From an uncultured bacterium (GTDB taxonomy: Bacteria > Abyssobacteria > SURF-5), in the NCBI GenBank assembly GCA_964607485.1, contig CAZSKP010000009.1, forward strand, positions 1-64,000: a stretch of 64,000 bases of DNA. The letters run 5' to 3'. Below, piece by piece: positions 19,792 to 30,566 of the stretch; the first letter of the stretch is position 1; each line of letters starts with the position of its first letter. Below the pieces are notes generated by a model that ran no database searches, was not told the origin of the DNA, and saw nothing but the letters and a program-made list of their open reading frames with translations. Made by a program: the position numbers and the translations under genes.

Positions 19792-21846
19792 CTACTTCTC
19801 CGACTCTTCTTTCTCCTTTTTCGCCTGCTCGATTATCCTCTGCGCTATGTGGGCGGGCACCTCCTCGTAACTGGAGAATTTCATCGTAAAGCTGCCCCGA
19901 CCTCCCGTGATAGAGCGCAGCTCGGCCGAGTAGTTGAGCATCTCGGCTTCCGGAACCAGCACGCGTATGATTTGCCCGTAGGAACCTCGCTCCATGCCGA
20001 GTATTCGCCCTCGCTTGGAATTGAAGTCTCCGGTGACATCGCCCATGAACTCCTCGGGCACCACGACCTCCACCTCCACGACCGGTTCGAGAAGACACAT
20101 CTCGGTCGAGGAGGCGGCCTTCTGAAACGCCATCGATCCTGCAAGCTTGAACGCCAGGTCGGACGAATCAACCGAGTGCATCATCCCGTCGTACAGGCGA
20201 ACCTTTATATCCACGATGGGATAGCCGGCGAGTATGCCTCGTTCGAGCGCCTCGACCACGCCTTTTTGTACGGAGGGAATGAAGTTCTTCGAGATCACAC
20301 CCCCGAAGATGTCATCTTCAAACTCGAATCCCTCTCCCCGCCCCTTCGGGCTTATCTCTATCTCGACCTCTCCGAACTGGCCCCGGCCGCCCGATTGTTT
20401 CTTGTGGCGATAACGTGCGGAAGTCTTCCCCTTGATCGCCTCCTTGTATGCGATTTTCGGAAGCGCGGTGTCGGCGGACACGTTGAATTTGTTCTTGAGC
20501 CGGTCCATGATGACGTTCAGATGAAGGTCGCCCATGCCGGCGATTATCTCTTCCTTTGTCTCACGGTTGCGATACGCTTTGAACGTGGGGTCCTCCTCGG
20601 CGATGCGGTTGAGGGCGTTCATAATACGGTCCTCGTCGGCCCGAGATTGCGGTTTGACCGACAGGCGCACCATCGGCTCCGGGAACTCGATCGAATCGAA
20701 CGTGAGCGGATGGTTGTCGTTGCAGAGGGTATCCCCCGCCGCTGTGGCCTTCAGCTTGGGCACGGCCGCGATTTCTCCCGGCCCCACCGACTGGACGCTC
20801 GTTTGTTCTTTTCCCTGCATGAGCAACAAATTGCTGATGCGCTCCTGGACTTCTTTGTTCGCGTTGTAGAAACCGTCCGCGGCTTTCACCGTTCCCGAGA
20901 AGACGCGGAAATAGGTCAACTGACCGATGTATGGGTCGGTCATCGTCTTGAACACGTACGCAGCCAGAGGAGCTGCGGGGTCGGGTTTGAGCTCTTCTTC
21001 CTCGCCCTTTTTGTTTTTTGCCCGCCGGGACGGCACATCGAGGGGTGACGGCAGGCAATCGACGACGAAGTCGAGCAGTTGCTCGACGCCTATCCCCTTC
21101 TCGCCCGCACCGCAGACTACCGGCACGATGCTGCCCGAGGCTATGCCCCTCCTGAGACCGCTCGCAATTTCTTCCTCGGTGAGCGTGCCTTCCTCAAGGT
21201 ACTTCTCGGTCAGTTCGTCATCGGTTTCGGCGGCGGCCTCGACGAGTTTCTCGCGGTACTCGGCGAAATTCTGCCGCGCTTCCTCGGGCGCCTGCGATTC
21301 CTCGCTTGTGCTCCAGAGGCTCACCACCCCCGTCAGGCCCGCCTCCTTGCCCACGGGAATCGTGAAGGGAATGCATGAAGATCCGAAACTCTCCTGAACG
21401 GATGCGAGCACCTTGTAGAAGTCGCTGTGCTCTTTGTCAAGCTTGTTGATAAAAATTGCGCGGGGGAGATTGTATTTCTCGCAATAGCGCCAGCAGCTTC
21501 TTGTGCCGACTTCGATGCCGGCAAGCCCGTCAACCAGCAAAATCGCGCTGTCGAGCACCGACAATGAGGCTACCATCTCGGCCACGAAATCGGCGTAGCC
21601 GGGGTTGTCCACGATGTAGATGGGAGTCTTTTTCCAGTCCGTATGCATCAGTTTCAGGGAAATGGTGAATTTGCGCGCGACCTCTTCTTCCAGATAGTCG
21701 CCGACGGTGTTGCCGGCGGCGATGGTTCCCACGCGGCTTGTTTTGCCGGTCTTGTCGAGGATATGTTCCACGAGGGTGGTCTTTCCCGTTCCCCCGTGGC
21801 CTACTAGGCCCACGTTGCGCACATCCTTCACTTCGAATTTGCTCAT
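19792..21846 (-). CDS. fusA: Elongation factor G paralog (EF-G2-like)
   Basis: GHGGTGKT, DNPGYADF, NKLD, GMGDLHL, HKKQSGGRGQFG and HSVDSS. Stand-alone, not in an rpsL-rpsG-tuf context. Confidence 0.9.
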   Translation of the reverse strand: MSKFEVKDVRNVGLVGHGGTGKTTLVEHILDKTGKTSRVGTIAAGNTVGDYLEEEVARKFTISLKLMHTDWKKTPIYIVDNPGYADFVAEMVASLSVLDSAILLVDGLAGIEVGTRSCWRYCEKYNLPRAIFINKLDKEHSDFYKVLASVQESFGSSCIPFTIPVGKEAGLTGVVSLWSTSEESQAPEEARQNFAEYREKLVEAAAETDDELTEKYLEEGTLTEEEIASGLRRGIASGSIVPVVCGAGEKGIGVEQLLDFVVDCLPSPLDVPSRRAKNKKGEEEELKPDPAAPLAAYVFKTMTDPYIGQLTYFRVFSGTVKAADGFYNANKEVQERISNLLLMQGKEQTSVQSVGPGEIAAVPKLKATAAGDTLCNDNHPLTFDSIEFPEPMVRLSVKPQSRADEDRIMNALNRIAEEDPTFKAYRNRETKEEIIAGMGDLHLNVIMDRLKNKFNVSADTALPKIAYKEAIKGKTSARYRHKKQSGGRGQFGEVEIEISPKGRGEGFEFEDDIFGGVISKNFIPSVQKGVVEALERGILAGYPIVDIKVRLYDGMMHSVDSSDLAFKLAGSMAFQKAASSTEMCLLEPVVEVEVVVPEEFMGDVTGDFNSKRGRILGMERGSYGQIIRVLVPEAEMLNYSAELRSITGGRGSFTMKFSSYEEVPAHIAQRIIEQAKKEKEESEK

Positions 21847-21874
21847 TTCTGCCTCCCACTCTAACGTGTCGGTT

Positions 21875-22414
21875 TCAGACGGCCTCGGAGCCCAGATGAC
21901 TCACCTTCATGAGACCCACTATCGTCTTGGCGTCGATTATCTCTCCATGTTCGATTTTATCGAGCGCCTCTTGCAGAGACATCCTCTGTACCTCAAGCTG
22001 CTCGTCTTTGTCAAGCTTCGACTCGCAGCGCTCAAGCCCGGTCGCCAAAAACAGATGCAGAAACTCGTCGCAGAACCCCGGCGACGTGAAGAAGCCGCCC
22101 ATCGGGTTCATGTTTCCCGCGCGGTAGCCGGTCTCTTCGACCAACTCTCTCTCCGCGCAGGCCAGGGGCGTTTCGCCCGGCTCGACCGTTCCGGCGGGAA
22201 TCTCCCACAGCGTCTTCTTGGCGCAATAGCGAAACTGCTTTATCAGCACCACCTCGTCAGGGGACAGCATCGGCACTATCGCGGCGGCGCCCGAATGCCG
22301 GACAACCTCGCGCGTGGCCTCCCTGCCGTCGGGCAGAACTATCGTTTCGACCGATAGCCCGACGACGCGGCCCGAATAGACCTGCTTCACGTTCTTGACT
22401 TCAAAATCCTTCAT
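21875..22414 (-). CDS. NUDIX hydrolase (ADP-ribose pyrophosphatase-like)
   Basis: Nudix box PAGTVEPGETPLACAERELVEETG, QFRY, SPGF and DAKTI. Confidence 0.92.
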   Translation of the reverse strand: MKDFEVKNVKQVYSGRVVGLSVETIVLPDGREATREVVRHSGAAAIVPMLSPDEVVLIKQFRYCAKKTLWEIPAGTVEPGETPLACAERELVEETGYRAGNMNPMGGFFTSPGFCDEFLHLFLATGLERCESKLDKDEQLEVQRMSLQEALDKIEHGEIIDAKTIVGLMKVSHLGSEAV

Positions 22415-22559
22415 TATGTCTCAGTCTGCGTGGGGAGTCGCGTCGGTGTCACGGGATGAATCGACAGAGGCAACGATCGTGCCGGCTGCAAGCGGACGGA
22501 CTTTGCCGGGAACCTCAAGTTCGCCGGCAGGACTCAGTTTGATCTCCTCGCAGCGTTCC

Positions 22560-23081
22560 TCAAACGACCTCCGCGCCGTATGTCTTTGTCATGCGCTCGA
22601 GCGAAAATCTGTGGAACTTCTGGTCGAAATCGGCGACCCCCTTCTTGTACACGGTGACCGGATAATCCCGGCTGCGCAGGCCGCCGACCGTATCCATCAC
22701 GCAGATCGAAGTGCACACCCCTACGACATCGACATGCTTTATCCTGTTTTCCTTCAGTATCGATTCCAGCCTCGTCCCGTAAAAGCCTGAATAGCGCGTC
22801 TTGCGGATGACGACGTCGCCGCGTTTGGGTTTCAATTCGGGTATCACCTGCGCGCCGGGAGTCCCCTTGACGCAGTGCTTCGGAAACATCTGAAACTCTT
22901 TGTCATTCGGCTTGTGGCTGTCCGTTATATAGACAACGAGGTCGCCCGCGCGCCTGGCCTGTTCCAGCTTTTTCTTTATGAACGGAACCATCTTCTCCGC
23001 GGTCGGCCCGCAGTACAGCGCGCCCTTCTTGTCGATAAAATCGACGAGCGTGTCCACCACGATGAGCGCGTTTCGGCTCAT
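22560..23081 (-). CDS. Cysteine hydrolase (isochorismatase/nicotinamidase family)
   Basis: ALIVVD, DSH, HCVKGTPGA, KTRYSGFYGT and GVCTSICV. Confidence 0.9.
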   Translation of the reverse strand: MSRNALIVVDTLVDFIDKKGALYCGPTAEKMVPFIKKKLEQARRAGDLVVYITDSHKPNDKEFQMFPKHCVKGTPGAQVIPELKPKRGDVVIRKTRYSGFYGTRLESILKENRIKHVDVVGVCTSICVMDTVGGLRSRDYPVTVYKKGVADFDQKFHRFSLERMTKTYGAEVV

Positions 23082-23126
23082 TTTCCGCCTCCCTCGACTC
23101 AGAACGGCGGCGCGCAGGAGACCGCG

Positions 23127-23486
23127 TCAGCCGCTGCCCAACTGGCGCAGGAAATCGTCAACGTCAAACGGGGGCAGGTCGGAGGAGGGCTCGCTGTCCT
23201 CCGACTTGCCGCCGAGCGGATTTCTCAAGAACTTCTGCTGGCAGCCGCGACAAAGGTCGAAACTGAACTGCTTGAACACGTCTTCCTGCAACTGCTTGGG
23301 GTCCATGTGCTCGATCTTTTCGATCAGCTTGCGAATCTCGTCCTCATAATCCTTCTCGAGGTCGGAAAGCTCTATCTTCATCGTGTCATATGCGGCAAAT
23401 ATGTTCATTTTGAGCACATACCTGAGCTCATTCGCCTCTATCCGCGCCCCGCACCTGTCGCACGTATAATATTTCACCCGAAACAC
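23127..23486 (-). CDS. Hypothetical protein with two CxxC motifs (putative Zn ribbon)
   Basis: YTCDRCG ... FDLCRGCQ flanking an acidic helical middle. Confidence 0.75.
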   Translation of the reverse strand: MFRVKYYTCDRCGARIEANELRYVLKMNIFAAYDTMKIELSDLEKDYEDEIRKLIEKIEHMDPKQLQEDVFKQFSFDLCRGCQQKFLRNPLGGKSEDSEPSSDLPPFDVDDFLRQLGSG

Positions 23487-23649
23487 CTTCCTAGGCTCAG
23501 ATTAGTCGAATGCCGGTATCCAACTAATCTAACACAAAGCCAGAGCTTTTTCAAACGGTTTCGCGGGGAGGGCAGAGATTCAGAAAAGGCCCGCAGACAC
23601 AAATTGAACCGCAAAGCCGCAAAGGGCGCAAAGATAGATGCACCGTGGC

Positions 23650-26223
23650 CTAATTGCTGCGACGGGGTGCGGCGGGTTTGCGGCGTGGGTGGCGGAATGA
23701 GGCGAAGAAGCGCTGGAATTCGTCGAAGACCTCGTCGGAGCCGCCGCGAACGATGCGGCACGCCGGCAGCGAATTGAGGAACGTGCGCCCGTACGATTTC
23801 TCGACGACGCGCTTGTCGAGGATCAGAACGGCGCCGTGGTCGGTGCGGTTGCGGATGAGGCGGCCGAAGCCCTGCTTAAACTTGATGGCGGCCAGCGGGA
23901 CGGCGTATTCGGTGAACGAGTTGCCGCCGCGCCGCTCGATGTCCTCGGCGCGCGCCTGCGTGACCGGCTCGTCGGGCACCTTGAACGGCAGCTTCACGAG
24001 CACGACGCATTCGAGCGATTCGCCCTCCACATCGACTCCTTCCCAGAAGCTGAGCGTCGCGAACAGCACCGACGTGGTATCGCGCCGGAACCGTTCGAGC
24101 AGCGCCGTCCGGTTGTCGTCGCCCTGACGCAACGCATTGACGCCCATCAGTTTCTGCAAACTCGGCGCGAGCTCGTCATACACCGAGTCGAGCATGCGAA
24201 ACGCCGTGAACAGCAGGAAGGCGCGTCCCTGGCTGATGGTCAGGCATCGGAATATCGACTGAACGAGCGCTTCCCGATACTTCGGGTCCTTGACGACGGG
24301 GACATCTGTCGGGATTCCTATTATCGCCTGCTCGGCGAAATCGAACGGCGACGGAAGCGCGATGAACTCCGTGCGGTCGGCATCGACCTTGTCCAGCCCG
24401 ATGCGGCCCGCGACAAAATCGAACCGGCCCTCGACGGTCAGCGTCGCGGAGGTGAGCACAATCGTGGGGAAATGCGAGTAAATCTGCTCGGCGAGCACCG
24501 TCCCCACGTCGAGCGGGACCGAATAGAGCCTCACCACCGACGTTCTCTTTCCGCCGCGAGCTTCTATCCACCTGATGCGGTCGGGGTCGTCGCCGAAAAG
24601 CGCGTCCTCGATGTTCGACGCGGCGACGTCGAGCCTGTTGCAGATGGCTCGAAGCTCGATGCGCTCGTCTATGAAATCCAGCTCGCCGCCCGTGTCGCGC
24701 TTGAGACCGTCCAGCCTTTTGAGCACGAGATTGATCCGCGAGATGAGATTGCGCAGTTCGGTAAGAAGCTTCTCCACCGGCGGCAGACAATCCTCACGCC
24801 AACGGTCGTCTTCCTGCAGTTGCGGTCCGACGCGCATCTTGATTTCGCCCTTCGCTCCCCGAGACTGTGCCGATGTTAACTCGTAAATGGCGTCGAACGC
24901 CTCCGCCAGCCTGTGCTCCAGTTCGCTCTTCAGCGGGATTATCTCGTCCTGAATGTCCAGGAGGATTTCGTCTATTTTCTCGCTCACGCCCGGTGCGCGC
25001 ATGAGCTTCGCCCTGAGAACCGTCACCAGCCCGCCCTCCCGCCTTCTCGGCTGGCGGTGGTGGATGCGTCCGAGCAGCCGCAGTAGGCCGATGCGCGTGA
25101 CCCTCGCTCCGAAATATGAGGTCGCCGAATCCTCGACGTTGTGAGCCTCGTCGAGTATCACGCGACGATAGCCGGGCAGAATGGCCATGTCGGAATAACT
25201 CTGCGTCGCGCTCCTCAGGGCGAGGTCGGCGAAGAGGAGATGATGATTCACCACGAGCAGGTCGGCCGAGGCGGCTTCGCGGCGCGCCTTGTTCACGAAG
25301 CAGTCGGCAAAGCGGGCGCATCGCGCGCGCGGGCACGTGTCGCTCTCGGCGTTCACCTTGTCCCATATCTCTGGCTTCGGGACGAAGTTGAGGTCCGACC
25401 GGCTGCCGTCGCGCGTCTGCTTCGCCCATTCCATAATAGAGCGCAGCACGTCGCACTCCTCGGGCGTCGTCAGCAGGTCGAACTCGCGCTCGAGCATGGC
25501 CAGCTTGCGCAGGCAGACGTAATTGCCCCGGCCCTTGACCAGCACGGCCTTGCATTCGGCCCCGAGCGCGGACAGAAGCGTCGGAATGTCTTTTTTGATG
25601 AGCTGCTCCTGCAGGTTGATGGTGTTCGTCGAGACGACGACGCGCTCCTTGTTTGTCACGGCCCACGAGATTGCGGGGATGAGGTACGCGAACGTTTTCC
25701 CCGTGCCCGTGCCGGCCTCGATCGCGACGATGCCGTCTTCGTTGAACGCGCGCGCCACAGCGCGCATCATCTCGACCTGCTGTTCCCTGTGCTCGTATTT
25801 CTTCAGCTTGCGCGCGATAGGCCCGCGGGGCATGAGAACTTTAGAAAGCTTCTCAGCGTCGAGCGGCTCAAGCTTCTCGCGCCCGAATGCGGCGACGACC
25901 TCATACACGCGCGTGACGGAATTATTGATGATGTAGAAACCCACGCCCGCCTGCCCGACGCCGCTGGCAATGGAGATGTCGGCCGACGACGGGTCGAGCG
26001 GCCCGGAGGGATGGTTGTGGATGACGACGTCGCCCGGCCGCGCAAGCTGCGTTATCGCGGGCACCGCCCCCTCGTTCCCGTGGGCCAGAGGGACGGCCTT
26101 CGTGACGACGCGCTCGTCATCGGTGCTGCCGAGAAAGAAGACCTCGTTGCCGCCCGAGGCTTCGATCTCGGTGCGCACGGCCTCGATGACAGCGGGTGCG
26201 AACAGCTTCTTTGCGGATTTCAT
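23650..26223 (-). CDS. DinG/YoaA-family Fe-S helicase with N-terminal JAB/RadC-like domain
   Basis: N-terminal GNEVFF...IHNHPSGPLDPSSAD; Q motif REQQ; EAGTGTGKT; Fe-S Cys (YVC, CPRARC, DCF); DEAH; SATL; FWEGVD; QGFGRLIR. Confidence 0.92.
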   Translation of the reverse strand: MKSAKKLFAPAVIEAVRTEIEASGGNEVFFLGSTDDERVVTKAVPLAHGNEGAVPAITQLARPGDVVIHNHPSGPLDPSSADISIASGVGQAGVGFYIINNSVTRVYEVVAAFGREKLEPLDAEKLSKVLMPRGPIARKLKKYEHREQQVEMMRAVARAFNEDGIVAIEAGTGTGKTFAYLIPAISWAVTNKERVVVSTNTINLQEQLIKKDIPTLLSALGAECKAVLVKGRGNYVCLRKLAMLEREFDLLTTPEECDVLRSIMEWAKQTRDGSRSDLNFVPKPEIWDKVNAESDTCPRARCARFADCFVNKARREAASADLLVVNHHLLFADLALRSATQSYSDMAILPGYRRVILDEAHNVEDSATSYFGARVTRIGLLRLLGRIHHRQPRRREGGLVTVLRAKLMRAPGVSEKIDEILLDIQDEIIPLKSELEHRLAEAFDAIYELTSAQSRGAKGEIKMRVGPQLQEDDRWREDCLPPVEKLLTELRNLISRINLVLKRLDGLKRDTGGELDFIDERIELRAICNRLDVAASNIEDALFGDDPDRIRWIEARGGKRTSVVRLYSVPLDVGTVLAEQIYSHFPTIVLTSATLTVEGRFDFVAGRIGLDKVDADRTEFIALPSPFDFAEQAIIGIPTDVPVVKDPKYREALVQSIFRCLTISQGRAFLLFTAFRMLDSVYDELAPSLQKLMGVNALRQGDDNRTALLERFRRDTTSVLFATLSFWEGVDVEGESLECVVLVKLPFKVPDEPVTQARAEDIERRGGNSFTEYAVPLAAIKFKQGFGRLIRNRTDHGAVLILDKRVVEKSYGRTFLNSLPACRIVRGGSDEVFDEFQRFFASFRHPRRKPAAPRRSN

Positions 26224-26329
26224 ACACAACCATTATACCTGCGAAGGCACGAAGAAATACAGAAAGAAAAGGGGGAAAAAGGAAGGAGGGAAAAGGGGAA
26301 AAGGAAATTCATCTGAAGTGTCCCAAGGA

Positions 26330-27148
26330 CTAAATGATTGCAATGACGGAGAGCGTGCGGCCGACGCCGGGGCCGTGCCTGCGGGCGGAGAAATATTCGT
26401 GCGAGTTGCAGGCGGAGCAGATTTCGGGATTGATAATCCGTTCGCCGCTCATGCCGCAGTCTTCGAGCTGCCGCCGATTGGCGAGCCACAGGTCGAGATG
26501 CCACTTTTCCTGAGCCGTCTTCCGGAAGAGCGATGGCGCGTAGTGAAATTCTACGCTGAATTGCTCGTAAACATCGCGGCCGACCTCGTAGCAGCACGGA
26601 CCGATGGACGGCCCGAACGCCGCCCACATGACCGCAGGGTTCGACCCGAATTCCTCTCGCATCCTCTCGACGGTTTTCCGGGCGATAGAGAGCCCCGCGC
26701 TGCGCCAGCCGGCATGCACGATGCCTACCGCCATTCGCTCCGGGTCGTACAAGAAGAGTGGCACGCAATCCGCCGTGAACACGCCCACCGGCACGCCCGG
26801 CACGTCGGTGACCAACGCGTCGGTCGCAGGGATGGCGTCGTCGTAGCTGAGCGCTCCCCTGCCAAGGTGTTCCGCGGTCACGCGGCAGACGTTGTCGCCG
26901 TGCACCTGCTGGGCTGCGGTGAAGGAGTCTCGGTCCAGACCGAGCTCATCGAAGATAAGCCTTCGATTTTCGAGGACGTTTATGGGGTCGTCGCCTGTGT
27001 GAAGGCCGGTATTAAGGTTCCCGGAAGAGGAATCGTCTTTAGCAAGCCGGCGCGTGGTAAACGCCGCTACTATTTTATCGAACGGCGCCTCGGAGGGAAA
27101 CGCATACCGCACGGGACTTCGATCATTCACGGATAATTTATTCTGCAT
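26330..27148 (-). CDS. pgeF: PgeF/YfiH (purine nucleoside phosphorylase, laccase-domain) family protein
   Basis: QQVHG, TADCVP, HAGWR, GPSIGPCCYEV and YFSARR. Confidence 0.93.
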   Translation of the reverse strand: MQNKLSVNDRSPVRYAFPSEAPFDKIVAAFTTRRLAKDDSSSGNLNTGLHTGDDPINVLENRRLIFDELGLDRDSFTAAQQVHGDNVCRVTAEHLGRGALSYDDAIPATDALVTDVPGVPVGVFTADCVPLFLYDPERMAVGIVHAGWRSAGLSIARKTVERMREEFGSNPAVMWAAFGPSIGPCCYEVGRDVYEQFSVEFHYAPSLFRKTAQEKWHLDLWLANRRQLEDCGMSGERIINPEICSACNSHEYFSARRHGPGVGRTLSVIAII

Positions 27149-27151
27149 TAC

Positions 27152-28519
27152 TCACAGGATGAATCGGCTCAGGTCCTGGTCTTTGAGGATTTCCTTCAGG
27201 CGGTCCTTCACGTAGGCGGCGTCGACGGTGACGGTGCTGCCCGAGCGGGCGGGCGCGTCGAAGGAGATGTCCTCCACCACGCGCTCCATGATGGTGTGAA
27301 GCCGGCGCGCGCCGATGTTTTCGGTCTGCTCGTTCACAAGCTCGGCGCTTGTTGCTATCTCCTTGATCGCGTCGTCGGTGATGATGAGCTCGACACCCTC
27401 GGTCTTCAGAAGGCCGATGTATTGCTTGACGAGCGCGTTCAGCGGCTCCTGCAGAATGCGGACAAAATCCTCGGCCGTGAGGCTCGACAGCTCGACGCGC
27501 AGGGGAAAACGCCCCTGCAGTTCGGGAATGAGGTCGGACGGCTTGGTCATGTGGAACGCGCCGGCGGCGATGAAGAGGATGTGCTGGGTGTTCACCGGCC
27601 CGTATTTCGTTATGACGGTGCTGCCTTCGACGAGCGGAAGCAGGTCGCGCTGGACGCCCTCGCGGGACACGTCGGGCCCGTAGCCCGATTGTCCACGGCT
27701 CGCGACCTTGTCTATTTCATCAAGAAATATGATGCCCGCGTGCCGGGTTCTTTCGAGCGCCGTCGATACGACTTCGTCCATGTCGATGAGCTTCTGAGCC
27801 TCCTCCTGCGCGAGGATCTTCTTCGCTTCCTTAATCTTCACCTTCTTCTTCTTTGTCTGCGAGGGCATGAGCTTGCCGAGGAAGCCCTTCAGGCCCACGT
27901 CCATCTCCTCGAGGCCCGAGCCGGAAAAAATCTGGAGGGGAAGCGAGGCGGACTCCTGCATCTCTATTTCGACGTATCGCTCGTCCATCTCGCCGTTTCG
28001 GAGTTTTTCCATCAGCCTGTCGCGCGTCGTCGCGGGAGCCGCAACTGTATCGGCCGGCCCGCGCCCGTAGAACGCCTCGCCGGTTCCACCTGCGGGACGG
28101 TACTGCGGCGGCAGGATGATGTCCATCAGGCGCTCTTCGGCCATCTTCTCGGCCACCGTTTCGACCTCGGCGGTACGCTGCGACTTGACCATGTTGATTG
28201 CGATCTCGGTCAGCTCCCGAATCATCGATTCGACATCGCGGCCGACGTAGCCGACCTCGGTGAACTTCGACGCCTCCACTTTAAGGAACGGCGCATCGGC
28301 CAGGCGCGCGAGCCGCCGGGCGATCTCGGTCTTGCCGACTCCCGTCGGTCCGATCATGATGATGTTCTTCGGGGCGACCTCGTCGCGAAGCTCCTCGGGC
28401 AGGTGCTGACGCCGCCAGCGGTTGCGCATGGCGATGGCCACCATCCGCTTCGCGTCATTCTGGCCGATGATGTACTTGTCGAGCTCGGCCACTATCTGCT
28501 TTGGAGTCAGCGAGCTCAT
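27152..28519 (-). CDS. hslU: ATP-dependent protease ATPase subunit HslU
   Basis: Starts [27 protein letters not shown] pore loop, DEIDK, ELQGRFP, NIGARRL and C-terminal DLSRFIL. Confidence 0.97.
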   Translation of the reverse strand: MSSLTPKQIVAELDKYIIGQNDAKRMVAIAMRNRWRRQHLPEELRDEVAPKNIIMIGPTGVGKTEIARRLARLADAPFLKVEASKFTEVGYVGRDVESMIRELTEIAINMVKSQRTAEVETVAEKMAEERLMDIILPPQYRPAGGTGEAFYGRGPADTVAAPATTRDRLMEKLRNGEMDERYVEIEMQESASLPLQIFSGSGLEEMDVGLKGFLGKLMPSQTKKKKVKIKEAKKILAQEEAQKLIDMDEVVSTALERTRHAGIIFLDEIDKVASRGQSGYGPDVSREGVQRDLLPLVEGSTVITKYGPVNTQHILFIAAGAFHMTKPSDLIPELQGRFPLRVELSSLTAEDFVRILQEPLNALVKQYIGLLKTEGVELIITDDAIKEIATSAELVNEQTENIGARRLHTIMERVVEDISFDAPARSGSTVTVDAAYVKDRLKEILKDQDLSRFIL

Positions 28520-28971
28520 ACTCGGTTCATTTCCTTCACGACGATTTCGATTCCCGCCTCTTCGAGCATCCCGCGGGCGAGCTTGTCCGGATAATCGCCG
28601 CACACGACGATGCGTTCGACGCCGGTGTTAATCAGCATCTTGGCGCAGAGCACGCAGGGCTGGTTGGTGCAATACATGGTCGAGCCGCGCAGGCTGATTC
28701 CGAACTGGGCCGCCTGAAGGATGGCGTTCTGCTCGGCGTGGATGCCCCGGCACAGCTCGTGCCTCTCGCCCGACGGTATCCCCTCGCGCTCGCGGATGCA
28801 GCCGACCTCGGAGCAATGTTTCAGTCCGCTCGGTGCTCCGTTATAGCCCGTGGTGAGCATGCGCTTGTCGCGGACGAACACGGCGCCCACCTGACGCCTC
28901 AGGCACGTGGAGCGGCTCGAGACGAGGTTCGCGATTTCCAGAAAATATTCATCCCATGAAGGTCGTGCCAC
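28516..28971 (-). CDS. dCMP deaminase family protein
   Basis: [26 protein letters not shown] and PCVLC. Confidence 0.93.
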   Translation of the reverse strand: MARPSWDEYFLEIANLVSSRSTCLRRQVGAVFVRDKRMLTTGYNGAPSGLKHCSEVGCIREREGIPSGERHELCRGIHAEQNAILQAAQFGISLRGSTMYCTNQPCVLCAKMLINTGVERIVVCGDYPDKLARGMLEEAGIEIVVKEMNRV

Positions 28972-29006
28972 GATGTGCCTCCATCGTTATTCGAAAGCGG
29001 TGCGGC

Positions 29007-30290
29007 TCACGCGTCGCCGGGCATCGGAAACCGGTCGCAGAGTTCCTGCACGCGTTCGCCGATTTTGGCGAGACGAGCTTCGTCGGAGCGCGCGTCCAGG
29101 GCCTCGTCGATGAGTTGCGCGATCAGAACCATCTCCTCCTCGCCCATGCCGCGCGTGGTGACCGCGGGAGTGCCCGGCCTGATGCCGCTGGTGACGGCGG
29201 GACTCTTCTTGTCGAACGGAATCGTGTTCTTGTTTACAGTTATGCCGGCGCGGTCGAGTATCTCGACCGCTTCCTGCCCGGTGACCCCCTTGTTGGTGAG
29301 GTCGATGAGCATCAGGTGCGTGTCGGTGCCGCCCGCGACCAGCCGGAAGCCGCGCTCGCCGAGCTCGGCGGCAAGTCGGGCGGCGTTGCGCGCGATCTTG
29401 CGCTGATAATCGGCGAACTCCTCGGTCATGGCCTCCTTCAGGCAGACTGCCTTGGCGGCGATGACATGCATGAGCGGGCCGCCCTGGATTCCGGGGAAAA
29501 CCGTCTTATCGATTTTCTGCGCATATTTCTTCTTGCACAATACCATGCCGCCGCGAGGCCCGCGCAGCGTCTTGTGCGTGGTCACCGCCACGAAATCGGA
29601 GTGCGGGAATGGACTGGGGTGCACGCCGCCCGCGATCAGCCCGGCGATGTGTGCGATGTCGGCCATCAGGTACGCGCCCACCTCGGAGGCGATCTTGGCA
29701 AACTCGGCGAAGTCGATCGTGCGCGGATAGGCGCTCGCGCCGACGACGATCATCTTCGGCTTACAGGCGTGGGCCTGCTTCCTTATCGCGTCGAAATCGA
29801 GCGTCTCGGTCTTGGGATTCACGCCGTACGCGACGACTTTGAAGAGTTGGCCCGAGAAACTGGCGGGAGCGCCGTGCGTCAGGTGCCCGCCGTGCGACAG
29901 CTCCATGCCCATGATCACGTCGCCCGGCTTCAGGACGCTGAGATACACCGCCATGTTCGCCTGCGTGCCCGAGTGCGGCTGCACGTTCGCGTGTTCCGCC
30001 CCGAACAGTTTCTTAGCGCGCTCGATGGCAAGGTTTTCGACCACGTCCACGTACTCGCAGCCGCCGTAATACCGATGTCCGGGATAGCCCTCGGCGTACT
30101 TGTTGGTCATCACGCAGCCCTGCGCCTCGAGCACGGCGGGGCTGGTGAAATTTTCGGACGGAATCAGTTGCAGCTTGCCGCGCTGCCGCTCATGCTCGCA
30201 GTCGATGGCGCGCGCGACGTCGGGATCCACCTTGGCCAGAACGCCCAGTTTTTCATCTACGGAACGGGAGTTTACAAATTTGGAACACAT
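29007..30290 (-). CDS. glyA: Serine hydroxymethyltransferase
   Basis: [40 protein letters not shown] and FPGIQGGP. Exact start uncertain. Confidence 0.97.
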   Translation of the reverse strand: MCSKFVNSRSVDEKLGVLAKVDPDVARAIDCEHERQRGKLQLIPSENFTSPAVLEAQGCVMTNKYAEGYPGHRYYGGCEYVDVVENLAIERAKKLFGAEHANVQPHSGTQANMAVYLSVLKPGDVIMGMELSHGGHLTHGAPASFSGQLFKVVAYGVNPKTETLDFDAIRKQAHACKPKMIVVGASAYPRTIDFAEFAKIASEVGAYLMADIAHIAGLIAGGVHPSPFPHSDFVAVTTHKTLRGPRGGMVLCKKKYAQKIDKTVFPGIQGGPLMHVIAAKAVCLKEAMTEEFADYQRKIARNAARLAAELGERGFRLVAGGTDTHLMLIDLTNKGVTGQEAVEILDRAGITVNKNTIPFDKKSPAVTSGIRPGTPAVTTRGMGEEEMVLIAQLIDEALDARSDEARLAKIGERVQELCDRFPMPGDA

Positions 30291-30566
30291 TTTCCCCCCA
30301 AAATAGCTTGACAAGAACTGACAATTATGGTATTACTATCATGCAGGTCCGAGTCCGTCTTTAGGGGCGGGGGTAGGTCCTGCTTTTCATTTCCCGTAAA
30401 AAGGCCTGATAATCCCCTCGGAATCATGGCGCGTAGCCTCTGTCACAAGAATCGGCGCCAACAAACCAAAAGCTTCATTCAGCCCATACCTTTTCCGAGA
30501 GTGCCTCGGACTTTCCATCAGCTTTCCTTCGTGATACAAGAATAAAAACTCTGACTCGGTCCAAGT

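Noticed and set aside
19792-21846. Orphan EF-G as a novelty or a TetM-type resistance gene
   Set aside because: EF-G2-type paralogs are widespread, and the domain IV/V motifs are EF-G-like.
22420-22560. Short open frame between the cysteine hydrolase and NUDIX genes
   Set aside because: No convincing start codon/RBS pair or recognisable motif.
30300-30560. ZTP, THF or glycine riboswitch upstream of glyA
   Set aside because: No recognisable consensus elements on the minus strand.
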